From Elusimicrobiota bacterium (GTDB taxonomy: Bacteria > Elusimicrobiota > Elusimicrobia > UBA1565 > JACRDR01), in NCBI GenBank assembly GCA_026388115.1, contig JAPLKK010000017.1:15667-79666 (forward strand): 64,000 bases of DNA. The letters run 5' to 3'. Under the pieces are notes generated by a model. The model was not told where the DNA came from. It did not search any database and saw nothing but the letters and a program-made list of their open reading frames with translations. Both the position numbers and the translations under genes were made by a program. This document shows positions 46,238-55,739 of this stretch, piece after piece (position 1 is the stretch's first letter; each line of letters begins with the position of its first letter).

Positions 46238-46936
46238 ATGCCGATCCTGCACCTGCCGGAAGACGACCTCGAAAGCAAGCTCAACTCCAGCGCGCTGTGG
46301 GCCGTGACCTACGGCGACATGATGAGCTATCTGATGATCTTCTTCCTGGTCCTGTTCGCCTTCAACGTCACGAAGAAGGTGGACCAGAAGGAGGTGCAGC
46401 CCGATAAGAAGACCGACGATACGGTCATCAGCATCGTGAACGTGTTCGGCGGTAAGATCGACCTCGAGCGGCAGAAGCGCTTGAAGCAGCGTCAGGCGGA
46501 GCAGGAGATGGCGCAGAAGGCCGAGGCGGAGGCGAAGGCGGGGCCCGCGGGCATGGAGGTCAAGAATCTGGCCGACCGGGTCCAGTTCGTGCTCGACAGC
46601 GCCGTGCTCTTCGACTCGGGCCACGCCGAGCTCAGGAAGGAGGCGGTCCCGACGCTCGAGAAGATCGCCGAGAACCTCAAGGAATCGCCCAACGAGATCG
46701 TGGTGGAGGGGCACACCGACAACGTGCCCATCCACCACGGCAAGTACAGCTCCAACTACGAGCTGTCCATGGCCCGCGCCTACAGCGTCGTAACCTTCTT
46801 GATCAATCACGGCATCGCGCCTCAGCGCCTGTCGGGGGCGGGCTACGGCGAGTACAAACCCGTGGCCGACAATCAGACGGCCGAAGGCAAGGCCAAGAAC
46901 CGCCGCATCGAGATCGCGCTTTTCCGCACCAAGTGA
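46238..46936 (+). CDS. motB: MotB-family stator subunit with an OmpA-like peptidoglycan-binding C-terminal domain.
   Basis: N-terminal LWAVTYGDMMSYLMIFFLVLFAF (compare MotB W.VTYADLMTLLMAFF, with the conserved protonatable Asp). The OmpA-like C-terminus reads VVEGHTDNVPI...YSSNYELSMARAYSVVTFL...NRRIEI. Confidence 0.85.
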   Translation: MPILHLPEDDLESKLNSSALWAVTYGDMMSYLMIFFLVLFAFNVTKKVDQKEVQPDKKTDDTVISIVNVFGGKIDLERQKRLKQRQAEQEMAQKAEAEAKAGPAGMEVKNLADRVQFVLDSAVLFDSGHAELRKEAVPTLEKIAENLKESPNEIVVEGHTDNVPIHHGKYSSNYELSMARAYSVVTFLINHGIAPQRLSGAGYGEYKPVADNQTAEGKAKNRRIEIALFRTK

Positions 46937-48324
46937 AGCCTCTCCGGGTCGCTCGCCGAGTCCGCTTATCACTGCGGGCATTCGAAGCCGCCGCCGCATT
47001 CCAGGCGCTGGCGGGCGGCGCGCGCCAGGCCTTCCTCATCGAGCGCGGCGGCTGGGGCGGCGAGCCGGAGACCGCCTGCCTCGGCTGGGGTCCCGCGGCC
47101 GTCTTCCGCCTCTCGCGCGGCCGCTTGGCGGCTCTCGGCGCGCGGGCGCTCTCCGGACCTCACCCTCTCGCGGCCCTGGGCCGCTCGCTCCAAGCGGTCC
47201 TGGCCGCTCGCGCGGGCCCGGCCTGGGCCGGCGGCGCGGTCGGCTACCTGGCCTACGAGGTCGTCCGCCACGTCGAGCCGGTCCCCGCGCGGCCGCATCT
47301 GGCGGAGGAAGGCCTGCTGATGGTCTTCGACCGCGCGCTGATGCATGACTACCGCACCGGCGTGACGGAGCTGGTCCTGTGGGACCGGGGCGCCGCTGCC
47401 GCGCGGGAGGAAGCCGCCGTCGTCGAGAAGGCGCTTCTTGCCGTTGTTCCCTCTCCCCGCGTTCGGGGAGAGGGTAGGGTGAGGGTGAATTCCGTTAAAC
47501 TCACCAGTAGTCTCGGCCGCTCCGGCTACATGGCCGGGGTGCGGCGGCTCAAAGAGCACATCCGCGCCGGGGATATCTTCCAGGCCGTCCTGTCCGACCA
47601 GTTCCGCGCGAGCGTCCGCCCCGGCGACCTCGCGCTCTATCGCGCGCTGCGGGCCTCCAATCCCTCCCCCTACCATTTCCTCCTGCGCGACGGCGACGAA
47701 AGCTTCGTCGGCGCCTCGCCGGAACGCCTCATCAAGGTGGAGGGGAGGCGCGCGCTCTACAGCCCGATCGCCGGCACGCGCCCGCGCTCGCCGTCGGCGT
47801 CCCGGGACCGGCGGCTCGAGGCCGCGCTCAAGCGCAGCCCCAAGGAGCGCGCCGAGCATCTGATGCTCGTCGATCTCGGCCGCAACGACCTCGGCCGCGT
47901 CTGCCGGCCCGGCACCATCCGCGTGTCCCGCTTCATGGACGTGCGGCGCTTCTCGCGCGTCATGCATCTGGTCAGCGAGCTCGAGGGGCGGCTGGAGCGA
48001 GGAAAGTCCGCTTGGGACGCGCTCGAGGCGGCCTTCCCCGCGGGAACCGTGACGGGCGCTCCGAAGGTGCGCGCCATGCAGCTGCTGCATGAGCTGGAGC
48101 CGGCCGCCCGCGGCTTCTACGCGGGCGCCGTCGTTCAGCTGGATCCTCTCGGCAACCTCGACTCGTGCATCAGCCTGCGCAGCATCCGGCTGACGCCTTC
48201 GGGGGCGGTCCTGCAGGCGGGCGCCGGCATCGTCGCCGATTCGAACCCCGCGCGCGAGTACCGGGAGGTCCTGGACAAGCTCGAGGCCGGCCGCCGCGCG
48301 CTCGCGGCCGCCGCGCTCCTGTGA
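46933..48324 (+). CDS. trpE: Anthranilate synthase component I. Carries an in-frame palindromic-repeat insertion at about 47445-47490.
   Basis: Chorismate-binding core: GDIFQAVLSDQF, SPYHFLL, SPERL, LVDLGRNDLGRV, GTVTGAPKVRAMQLL, GFYAGAV. The ATGA overlap with the motB stop is read directly. Confidence 0.85.
   Translation: MKPLRVARRVRLSLRAFEAAAAFQALAGGARQAFLIERGGWGGEPETACLGWGPAAVFRLSRGRLAALGARALSGPHPLAALGRSLQAVLAARAGPAWAGGAVGYLAYEVVRHVEPVPARPHLAEEGLLMVFDRALMHDYRTGVTELVLWDRGAAAAREEAAVVEKALLAVVPSPRVRGEGRVRVNSVKLTSSLGRSGYMAGVRRLKEHIRAGDIFQAVLSDQFRASVRPGDLALYRALRASNPSPYHFLLRDGDESFVGASPERLIKVEGRRALYSPIAGTRPRSPSASRDRRLEAALKRSPKERAEHLMLVDLGRNDLGRVCRPGTIRVSRFMDVRRFSRVMHLVSELEGRLERGKSAWDALEAAFPAGTVTGAPKVRAMQLLHELEPAARGFYAGAVVQLDPLGNLDSCISLRSIRLTPSGAVLQAGAGIVADSNPAREYREVLDKLEAGRRALAAAALL
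47449..47488 (+). repeat. GC-rich palindromic REP-like element, copy 1: an 11-bp stem ccctctccccg / cggggagaggg with a cgtt loop, followed by tagggtgagggtga. It lies in-frame inside trpE and encodes ...PSPRVRGEGRVRVN...
   Basis: Perfect inverted repeat at 47449-47459 and 47464-47474. It is near-identical to copy 2 at 54270-54310. Confidence 0.7.
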
Positions 48325-48905
48325 AGAACATCCTCCTCATCGACAACTACGATTCCTTCACGTATAACTTGTACCAGGCGCTCCGAGGGCTCGGGGCGCG
48401 GGTGGAGGTGGTGCGCAACGACAAGATCGACGTCGCCGGGATCCGCAAGCGCCGCCCGAGCCATCTCGTGCTCTCGCCCGGGCCCGGCCGCCCCGAGGAC
48501 GCCGGCATCACGCTCGACGCCGTCGGCGCCTTCGCGGGGCGCGTTCCGATCCTGGGCGTCTGTCTGGGCCATCAGGCGATCGGCCTGGCCTTCGGGGGCC
48601 GCGTGGTGCGCGCGCCGCGGCTGATGCACGGAAAGACGAGCCGGATCCGCCACGACGGGCTGGGCGTCTATCGCGGGCTGGCCAACCCGTTCACGGCCAC
48701 CCGCTATCATTCGCTGCTCGTCGAGGAAGCGAGCCTGCCCCGCTGCCTTCAGGCCACCTCAAGGGCCGACGACGGGGAGCTGATGGGGATCCGCCATCGC
48801 TCGCTCGCGGTCGAGGGGGTCCAGTTCCATCCGGAATCGGTGATGACGCCGGAGGGCGTGCGGCTCTTGGATAATTTCCTCGCCTTCTCATGCAAGAATT
48901 CCTGA
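48321..48905 (+). CDS. trpG: Anthranilate synthase component II, a glutamine amidotransferase. GTG start overlaps the trpE stop.
   Basis: KNILLIDNYDSFTYNLYQ...PILGVCLGHQAIG...HSLLV...GVQFHPES is the class-I GATase triad pattern. Confidence 0.85.
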   Translation: MKNILLIDNYDSFTYNLYQALRGLGARVEVVRNDKIDVAGIRKRRPSHLVLSPGPGRPEDAGITLDAVGAFAGRVPILGVCLGHQAIGLAFGGRVVRAPRLMHGKTSRIRHDGLGVYRGLANPFTATRYHSLLVEEASLPRCLQATSRADDGELMGIRHRSLAVEGVQFHPESVMTPEGVRLLDNFLAFSCKNS

Positions 48906-49912
48906 AGCCTTTGCTCGAGGGGAGGGGCCTGGCGCAGGCCGACGCCCGGCGCGCCATGGACACTATCATCGGCGGCTCGGCCACGGCCGCGCAGATCGGC
49001 GCCTTCCTCGCCGCCTTGCGCGTGCGCGGCGAGACCGAGGAAGAGCTTGCCGGCTTCGCCGAGGCGATGCGCTCGCGCGCGCGGGCGGTGACGATCTCCC
49101 GCCGGCCCCTCTTGGATACGTGCGGCACCGGGGGCGACGGCGCCGGCACCTTCAACATCTCGACGGCGGCCGCGCTGGTGGCGGCGGGAGCGGGCGCGGC
49201 GGTGGCCAAGCACGGCAACCGCGGCGTGTCCAGCCGCTGCGGCTCGGCCGACGTGCTCGAGGCCCTGGGCGTGCGCTGCGACGCGCCGGCGGCGCTGGCC
49301 GCCTTGGCGGAGCGGTGCGTTTGCGAGGCCGGCGTCTGCTTCCTCTTCGCCCCTTCCTTCCATCCCGCCATGAAGCACGCGGCCCCGGTCCGCAAGGAGC
49401 TGGGCGTGCGCACCGTATTCAACCTCCTGGGGCCTCTGTCGAACCCCGCCGGGGCGACGAGGCATCTGTTGGGCGTCTATGATCCGAGCCTGGTGCCGGT
49501 CGTCGCCCGGGCGCTCGGGCGCCTCGGCGTCGAGGAGGCGATGGTGGTCGCGGGGACCGACGGCCTCGACGAGCTCTCTCCCTTCGCTCCGACCCGCGTC
49601 GCGCATCTGAAGGGCGGCCGGCTCGAGCAGTACGAGGTGCTGCCCGAGGCGGCGGGGATCAGCCGCCAAACGCCGGGTTCCTGCCGCGGCGGGGACGCGG
49701 CCGAGAACGCGCGCATATTGCGCGGCGTGCTCGAAGGCGTTCCGGGCCCGGCCCGCGAGGCGGTGAGGCTCAATGCCGGCGCGGCGCTGATGGTCGCCGG
49801 CCTCGCCCGCGACCTGAAAGAGGGCGCGCTCCTCGCCGCCGAGGCCATCGACTCGGGCAAGGCGCTCGGCGCGCTGGAAAAGCTGAAGGCGTTGACGAAT
49901 GAGCGTCCTTGA
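48890..49912 (+). CDS. trpD: Anthranilate phosphoribosyltransferase.
   Basis: LDTCGTGGDGAGTFNISTAAALVAAGAGAAVAKHGNRGVSSRCGSADVLEALG. Confidence 0.85.
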   Translation: MQEFLKPLLEGRGLAQADARRAMDTIIGGSATAAQIGAFLAALRVRGETEEELAGFAEAMRSRARAVTISRRPLLDTCGTGGDGAGTFNISTAAALVAAGAGAAVAKHGNRGVSSRCGSADVLEALGVRCDAPAALAALAERCVCEAGVCFLFAPSFHPAMKHAAPVRKELGVRTVFNLLGPLSNPAGATRHLLGVYDPSLVPVVARALGRLGVEEAMVVAGTDGLDELSPFAPTRVAHLKGGRLEQYEVLPEAAGISRQTPGSCRGGDAAENARILRGVLEGVPGPAREAVRLNAGAALMVAGLARDLKEGALLAAEAIDSGKALGALEKLKALTNERP

Positions 49913-50699
49913 CGACATCCTCGCCCGCACGCGCGGACGCGTCGAGCGGCTCAAAGCCGAGCGCCCCGCCGATACCCTGCGCGCCGACGCCCTGTACGCT
50001 CGCGAGCCGCGCGATTTCCGGCGGGCGTTCCTCAAGGGCGGCCCCTGCGTGATCGCCGAGATCAAGTTCTCGTCACCCTCCAAGGGCGCGATCTACCCGG
50101 GCGAGGCCTCGGCGGCCCAAGCGGCGCGGATCGCCTCGGAGTACCTCGCCTCGGGCGCCGTTGCGTTGTCGGTCCTGACCGAGCCGGAGTTCTTCAAGGG
50201 CGATGCGGCGTTCCTGCGCCGCGTCCGCCAAGAACACCCCCGCGCGCCTCTCTTGATGAAGGATTTCGTCGTGGACGTGTATCAGCTCCACCTGGCCCGC
50301 TGGGCGGGCGCCGACGCCGTCCTGCTCATCGCCGCCGCGCTCGGCCGCCGGCTGCCGCTCTTGCTGGAAGGCGCCCAGGCCTTGGGGCTCGCTGCGCTCG
50401 TCGAGGTGCACGATGAAGCCGAGATGGCCGATGCCTGCAAGGCCGGGGCCGCGCTCATCGGGGTCAACAGCCGCGATCTAATGACCCTCAAGACGGACCT
50501 CGGAGTGGCCCGAAGATTGGCGCTCGAGGGAAAATCTGCGGCGGGGTCGCGGGCTGTCCTGATCGCGGAGAGCGGCATCACCTGCCGCGCCCAACTCGAA
50601 GAGTTGGCCGCGCTCGGTTACCGCGGTTTCTTGGTGGGGACCTCGCTGATGGCGACCGGCAGGCCGGGAGAAGCGCTGAAGGAGCTGCTGGCGGGATGA
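49899..50699 (+). CDS. trpC: Indole-3-glycerol-phosphate synthase.
   Basis: ILARTRGRVERLK...FRRAFLKGGPCVIAEIKFSSPSKGAIY...IGVNSRDLMTLKTD. Confidence 0.85.
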   Translation: MSVLDDILARTRGRVERLKAERPADTLRADALYAREPRDFRRAFLKGGPCVIAEIKFSSPSKGAIYPGEASAAQAARIASEYLASGAVALSVLTEPEFFKGDAAFLRRVRQEHPRAPLLMKDFVVDVYQLHLARWAGADAVLLIAAALGRRLPLLLEGAQALGLAALVEVHDEAEMADACKAGAALIGVNSRDLMTLKTDLGVARRLALEGKSAAGSRAVLIAESGITCRAQLEELAALGYRGFLVGTSLMATGRPGEALKELLAG

Positions 50700-51330
50700 G
50701 GATCAAGATCTGCGGCGTGACGACCGCCGGCGACGCCTATATGGCCAGCTCGTTGGGCGCGTGGGCCGTCGGCCTGATCTTCGTCCCCTCGAGCCCCCGC
50801 GCGCTCGACGTCGCCGCGGCCCGCCTCATCCGCAGCGCCATCGGCCCGGACACCCTCGCGATCGGCGTCTTCCAGGACGCCGAGCCCGCTTTCATCCAGC
50901 GCGCGATCTCAGCGTGCCGCCTGGACGCCGTGCAGCTCCACGGGTCCGAGACGCCCGAGGCTTGCGCCTCGGCGGCCGTGCCGGTATATAAGGGGGTGCC
51001 TCTCGCTTCCGCGGCCGACTTGGCTGCCTTGGACCCGTACGCCGGCCGGGTGGCGGGATTCCTGGTCGAGACGGTCCGGCGGCTGCCGGCCGGCCGCGAG
51101 GCCATCGACGAGCGCGAACGGCGCGCCCGCTGGGCGCTGGTCAGGCAGGCCGGGCTCTCCATGGCCGTCATTTTGGCGGGAGAGCTTACGCCGGAGAATG
51201 TCGGCGAGGCGGTCCGGCTGGCCGAGCCGGCGGGCGTAGACGTCTGCGGCGGCGTGGAAGCCTCGCCGGGCCTGAAAGACCCGGGCAAGCTGAAGGCGTT
51301 CTTCGACGCCGTGCGGGCGGTGGAAAGGAC

Positions 51331-51334
<4 letters not shown>
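50696..51334 (+). CDS. trpF: Phosphoribosylanthranilate isomerase.
   Basis: [38 protein letters not shown]...QLHGSE. Overlaps trpC by 4 nt. Confidence 0.8.
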
Positions 51335-52392
<1,058 letters not shown>

Positions 52393-52396
<4 letters not shown>

Positions 52397-53190
52397 CGCT
52401 CGCCGAGGCGCTGGCGCGCGCGCGCCCTTCGAAGCGGTCGGGATTCGTGGCGTTCTTGACCGCCGGGGACCCCGACTTGCGCGCCACGGCCCGCTATGTG
52501 TCCGCCCTGCGCTCGGAAGGGGCGGACATCGTGGAGCTGGGGATCCCGTTCTCCGATCCGGTGGCTGACGGGCCCGTCATCCAGGCCGCCGCAGAGCGCG
52601 CCTTGAAGAAGGGCACGCGGCTCCTGGACGTGCTCGCCGCGCTCAGGCGCCTGCGCGCGGCCGGCGAACGCGTGCCGGTCATCCTCTTCAGCTACCTGAA
52701 CCCCGCGCTGCGGCTCGGGGCCGAGCGCTTCGCCCGCGAGGCCGCCGCCGCGGGAGCGCAGGGAGCCTTGCTCGTCGACCTGCCCGCCGAGAGCGCGGGG
52801 CCTTGGAGGCGGGCGCTCGCGCGCGCGGGCGTGGAGCTCGTGCTGCTCGCCTCCCCGACGACGTCGGATGAGCGCCTGCGCCTCATCGGAGACGGCAGCG
52901 GCTCGATCGTCTATTATGTGTCGCGCGAGGGCGTGACGGGGGCGCGCCGCGGGCTGCCTCCGGGGCTGGCCGAACGCCTGGCGCGCGTGCGCCGGCTCAC
53001 GGGCAAGCCGCTCATCGTGGGCTTCGGCGTCTGCGGCGCCGATCAGGCGCGCCGGCTGGCTCCCTTCGCCGCGGGTGTCGTCGTCGGCTCGGCGCTGGTC
53101 CGGGCGGCGGCGGGGAAGTCCGCCGCGGCGGGCGAGAGGGCGCTGCGGCGGCTGGCGAAGGACATCGTTCGGGGGTTATCGGAATGCTGA
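52393..53190 (+). CDS. trpA: Tryptophan synthase alpha chain.
   Basis: [14 protein letters not shown]...[21 protein letters not shown]...[14 protein letters not shown] overlap with trpB. Confidence 0.85.
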
Positions 53191-54245
53191 TCTTGATGGA
53201 GGCGGGGCACGAGGAGAAGCAGCTCGAAGCGGTGATCGAGAAGGTCCGGTCGCTGGGATTCAAGGCTCACGTCATCCCCGGCGCGCAGAATGTCGCCGTC
53301 GGCGTCACCGGCAACAACGCCGCCATCGACCCGAGGCTCTTCGAGGGCATGCCGGGCGTCGCCGATGCCATCCCCGTCACCAAGCCCTACAAGCTGGCCG
53401 GCCGCGATTTCAAGCGCGGCGAGACCGAGATCCGCGTCGGCGGGGTCGTCTTGGGCGGCTACGATTTCGTCGTGATCGCGGGCCCTTGCGCCGTCGAGTC
53501 CGAGGAGCAGACCCTGCGCATCGCCCGCGCCGTCAAAAAGGCCGGGGCGCATCTCTTGCGCGGAGGGGCCTACAAGCCGCGGACCTCGCCGTACGCTTTC
53601 CAGGGGCTGGGAGAGGAGGGCTTGAAGATCCTTGCCGCGGCGCGGGCCGAGGTGGGCCTGCCGATCGTGACCGAGGTGCTGGATCAGAGGAGCCTCGATG
53701 CCGTGGCCGCGACCGCGGACGTCCTGCAGGTCGGCGCGCGCAACATGCAGAACTTCGCCCTCCTGAAGGACCTCGGCAAGATCCATAAGCCGGTCATGCT
53801 CAAGCGCGGCCTGTCCGCCACGCTGGAGGAGTGGCTGCAGTCCGCCGAGTACATCCTGGCCGAGGGCAACCCCGACGTCTTCCTGTGCGAGCGCGGCGTG
53901 CGCACGTTCGCCGACCACGCCCGCAACACGCTCGACCTGAACGTGGTGCCGGCGATCCAAGAGTTGAGTCACCTGCCGATCTTCGTGGACCCCAGCCATG
54001 CCACCGGCCTGCGCCGCCGCGTCACGCCCATGGCGCGCGCCGCCGCCGCGGCGGGCGCGCACGGCGTCATGGTCGAGGTCCATGATCAGCCGCAGCACGC
54101 GCTCTGCGACGGCCCCCAGGCGCTGTCGCCGGACGAATTCGGCCACCTGATGGACGATCTCGACAAGCTCTGCCGCGCCATCGGCAAGCAGCTGGCCCCG
54201 CAGCCCGCCGCGACCGCCGCCTCCCGCACCAAGAGCCACCGCTAG
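53184..54245 (+). CDS. DAHP synthase of the I-beta (KDOPS-like) type, with an N-terminal ferredoxin-like/ACT-like regulatory domain.
   Basis: The N-terminal roughly 80 aa ([33 protein letters not shown]...) is followed by a DAHPS I-beta core: FVVIAGPCAVES...LLRGGAYKPRTSPYAFQGLGEEGL...VGARNMQNF...KPVMLKRG...DPSHATG. Overlaps the trpA stop by 7 nt. Confidence 0.8.
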   Translation: MLILMEAGHEEKQLEAVIEKVRSLGFKAHVIPGAQNVAVGVTGNNAAIDPRLFEGMPGVADAIPVTKPYKLAGRDFKRGETEIRVGGVVLGGYDFVVIAGPCAVESEEQTLRIARAVKKAGAHLLRGGAYKPRTSPYAFQGLGEEGLKILAAARAEVGLPIVTEVLDQRSLDAVAATADVLQVGARNMQNFALLKDLGKIHKPVMLKRGLSATLEEWLQSAEYILAEGNPDVFLCERGVRTFADHARNTLDLNVVPAIQELSHLPIFVDPSHATGLRRRVTPMARAAAAAGAHGVMVEVHDQPQHALCDGPQALSPDEFGHLMDDLDKLCRAIGKQLAPQPAATAASRTKSHR

Positions 54246-54269
54246 TCACACCGTTCTGCTTGTCGTTCT

Positions 54270-54310
54270 CCCTCTCCCGACGTTCGGGAGAGGGCCGGGG
54301 TGAGGGCAGG
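54270..54310 (+). repeat. GC-rich palindromic REP-like element, copy 2: stem ccctctcccg / cgggagaggg with an acgtt loop, followed by ccggggtgagggcagg. Intergenic, downstream of the DAHP synthase gene.
   Basis: Copy 1 tgttcCCTCTCCCcGcGTTCGGGgAGAGGGtaGGGTGAGGG aligns with copy 2 cgttctCCCTCTCCCGaCGTTCGGGAGAGGGccgGGGTGAGGG. Confidence 0.7.
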
Positions 54311-54352
54311 TTTCCGTTTCTTTTCTTCTCCAAGCTTTTCCTTCGGGCCGTG

Positions 54353-54473
54353 TCGGATATTGGTCCGGCGGAGACGCTCGCCGCGCTTTGGGCGCGGCTC
54401 GCTCGGTTACGGACGGCGCGGCTAGATGTGAGAACGCGCCGTCCTCCACACGCCCCGGCGGACCAATATCCGA
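54353..54473. repeat. MITE-like nested hairpin element: 19-bp terminal inverted repeats (18 of 19 complementary) flank an 83-nt core that contains a second 10-bp inverted repeat.
   Basis: tcggatattggtccggcgg at 54353-54371 pairs with ccggcggaccaatatccga at 54455-54473. The inner pair is ggacggcgcg ... cgcgccgtcc. Confidence 0.6.
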
Positions 54474-54583
54474 CCTGGCCCTCTGCGCCACGGCTACGTT
54501 GACGAAAACAGCTATCCAGACTACCTTCGGCCGCGGTGCGTAGATTAGCCCGGTTATTCTACGCAATTTAAGCGTAATATAAC

Positions 54584-54612
54584 TTGATTTAATCTCCCGT
54601 GTCCCCTACAAT
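54584..54612 (+). promoter_or_regulatory. Sigma70-like promoter for fic: TTGATT at 54584-54589, a 17-nt spacer, and TACAAT at 54607-54612. An AAGAG Shine-Dalgarno sits about 8 nt before the ATG at 54633. A 9-bp inverted repeat attctacgc...gcgtagaat brackets the promoter.
   Basis: Read directly from the sequence. Confidence 0.55.
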
Positions 54613-54632
54613 ATACGCACTAAGAGCGTAGA

Positions 54633-55739
54633 ATGACACAATACATCCACGAACTGAGCGATTGGCCCAATTTCCAATGGAGACAGGAGGTCCTGACCGA
54701 GATCCTAGCGAACGTCCGCCTCAAGCAAGGCCAGCTCATCGGTTCGATGGAAAGCCTAGGCTTCTCCCAGCAGAACGAGGCCGTGCTTAAGGCCTTGACG
54801 CAAGATGTCCTCAAGTCGAGCGAGATCGAGGGGGAGATCCTCAACCCGGATCAGGTGAGGTCGTCCATCGCTCGCCGGTTGGGCATAGACATTGCGGGTC
54901 TCACGCCCGCCGATCGTCAGGTTGAAGGCGTGGTGGAGATGACCCTTGAGGCCACGCAAAATTACTCCGAACCGCTGACGAAGGAGCGACTGTTCGGCTG
55001 GCATAAGGCATTGTTTCCCAGCGCGTCGCCGAGTGTGCAAGTGGGCCGGTGGCGCGACGACGCGAAGGGGCCGATGCAGGTGGTCTCGGGAGCCCTTGGT
55101 CGGGAGCGTGTCCATTACGAAGCGCCCGCAGCCGAGCGCTTGGATCGGGAGATGGAAGCCTTCTTCGAATGGGCGAATCGGTCCGGCGACATCGACCCGC
55201 TTCTTCGGGCGGCTAAGGCGCATCTTTGGTTCGTGAACATCCATCCATTCGACGACGGCAACGGCCGCATCGCGCGCGCCATCGCGGATTGGGCATTAGC
55301 GCGATCCGAGAACAGATTGCGCCGCGCCTACAGCATGTCGGCGCAAATCCAACTCGAACGCAAGGCCTACTATCAGATCCTTGAAAGCACCGGAAAGGGA
55401 GACCTCGACATCACGGACTGGATGTTATGGTTTCTCGGCTGCCTTGATCGGGCCATCGCCGGAGCGCAGGCTTCTCTAGGGTCCGTCTTGGAAAGAGACA
55501 AGTTCTGGAAGACGTACGCTCCGCTCCCGTTGAACGAGAGGCAAAAGCAGATGCTGAACAGGCTGCTCGACGGCAGTTTCAAGGGGAAACTGACCACGAC
55601 CAAATGGGCGAAGCTGACGAAATGCTCTCATGACACGGCGCAGCGCGACATCGTCAATCTCATCGAGCACGGAATCATGGTGAAGGACGCCGGCGGAGGC
55701 CGAAGTACGAGCTATTCCCTGAAGCAGGCGCGGATCTGA
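54633..55739 (+). CDS. fic: Fic-family (Fido) protein with an N-terminal DUF4172-like region. It has the HPFDDGNGRIAR active-site motif and an upstream SSEIEG inhibitory-helix-like motif. GC is lower than its surroundings.
   Basis: HPFDDGNGRIARAIADW matches HPFx[DE]GNGRxxR. SSEIEG matches [ST]xxxE[GN], N-terminal to the core. GC is about 57% against about 70% locally. Confidence 0.8.
   Translation: MTQYIHELSDWPNFQWRQEVLTEILANVRLKQGQLIGSMESLGFSQQNEAVLKALTQDVLKSSEIEGEILNPDQVRSSIARRLGIDIAGLTPADRQVEGVVEMTLEATQNYSEPLTKERLFGWHKALFPSASPSVQVGRWRDDAKGPMQVVSGALGRERVHYEAPAAERLDREMEAFFEWANRSGDIDPLLRAAKAHLWFVNIHPFDDGNGRIARAIADWALARSENRLRRAYSMSAQIQLERKAYYQILESTGKGDLDITDWMLWFLGCLDRAIAGAQASLGSVLERDKFWKTYAPLPLNERQKQMLNRLLDGSFKGKLTTTKWAKLTKCSHDTAQRDIVNLIEHGIMVKDAGGGRSTSYSLKQARI

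Noticed and set aside
45521-46999. A 492-aa minus-strand ORF overlapping motA, motB and the trpE start. Similar minus-strand ORFs lie at 46969..48090, 48749..50083, 55800..57734, 57894..58976, 59394..60392 and 53043..54239.
   Set aside because: They are antisense to well-supported, conserved + strand genes (motAB, trp, aro). The translations are Arg/Ala/Gly-rich with no motifs.
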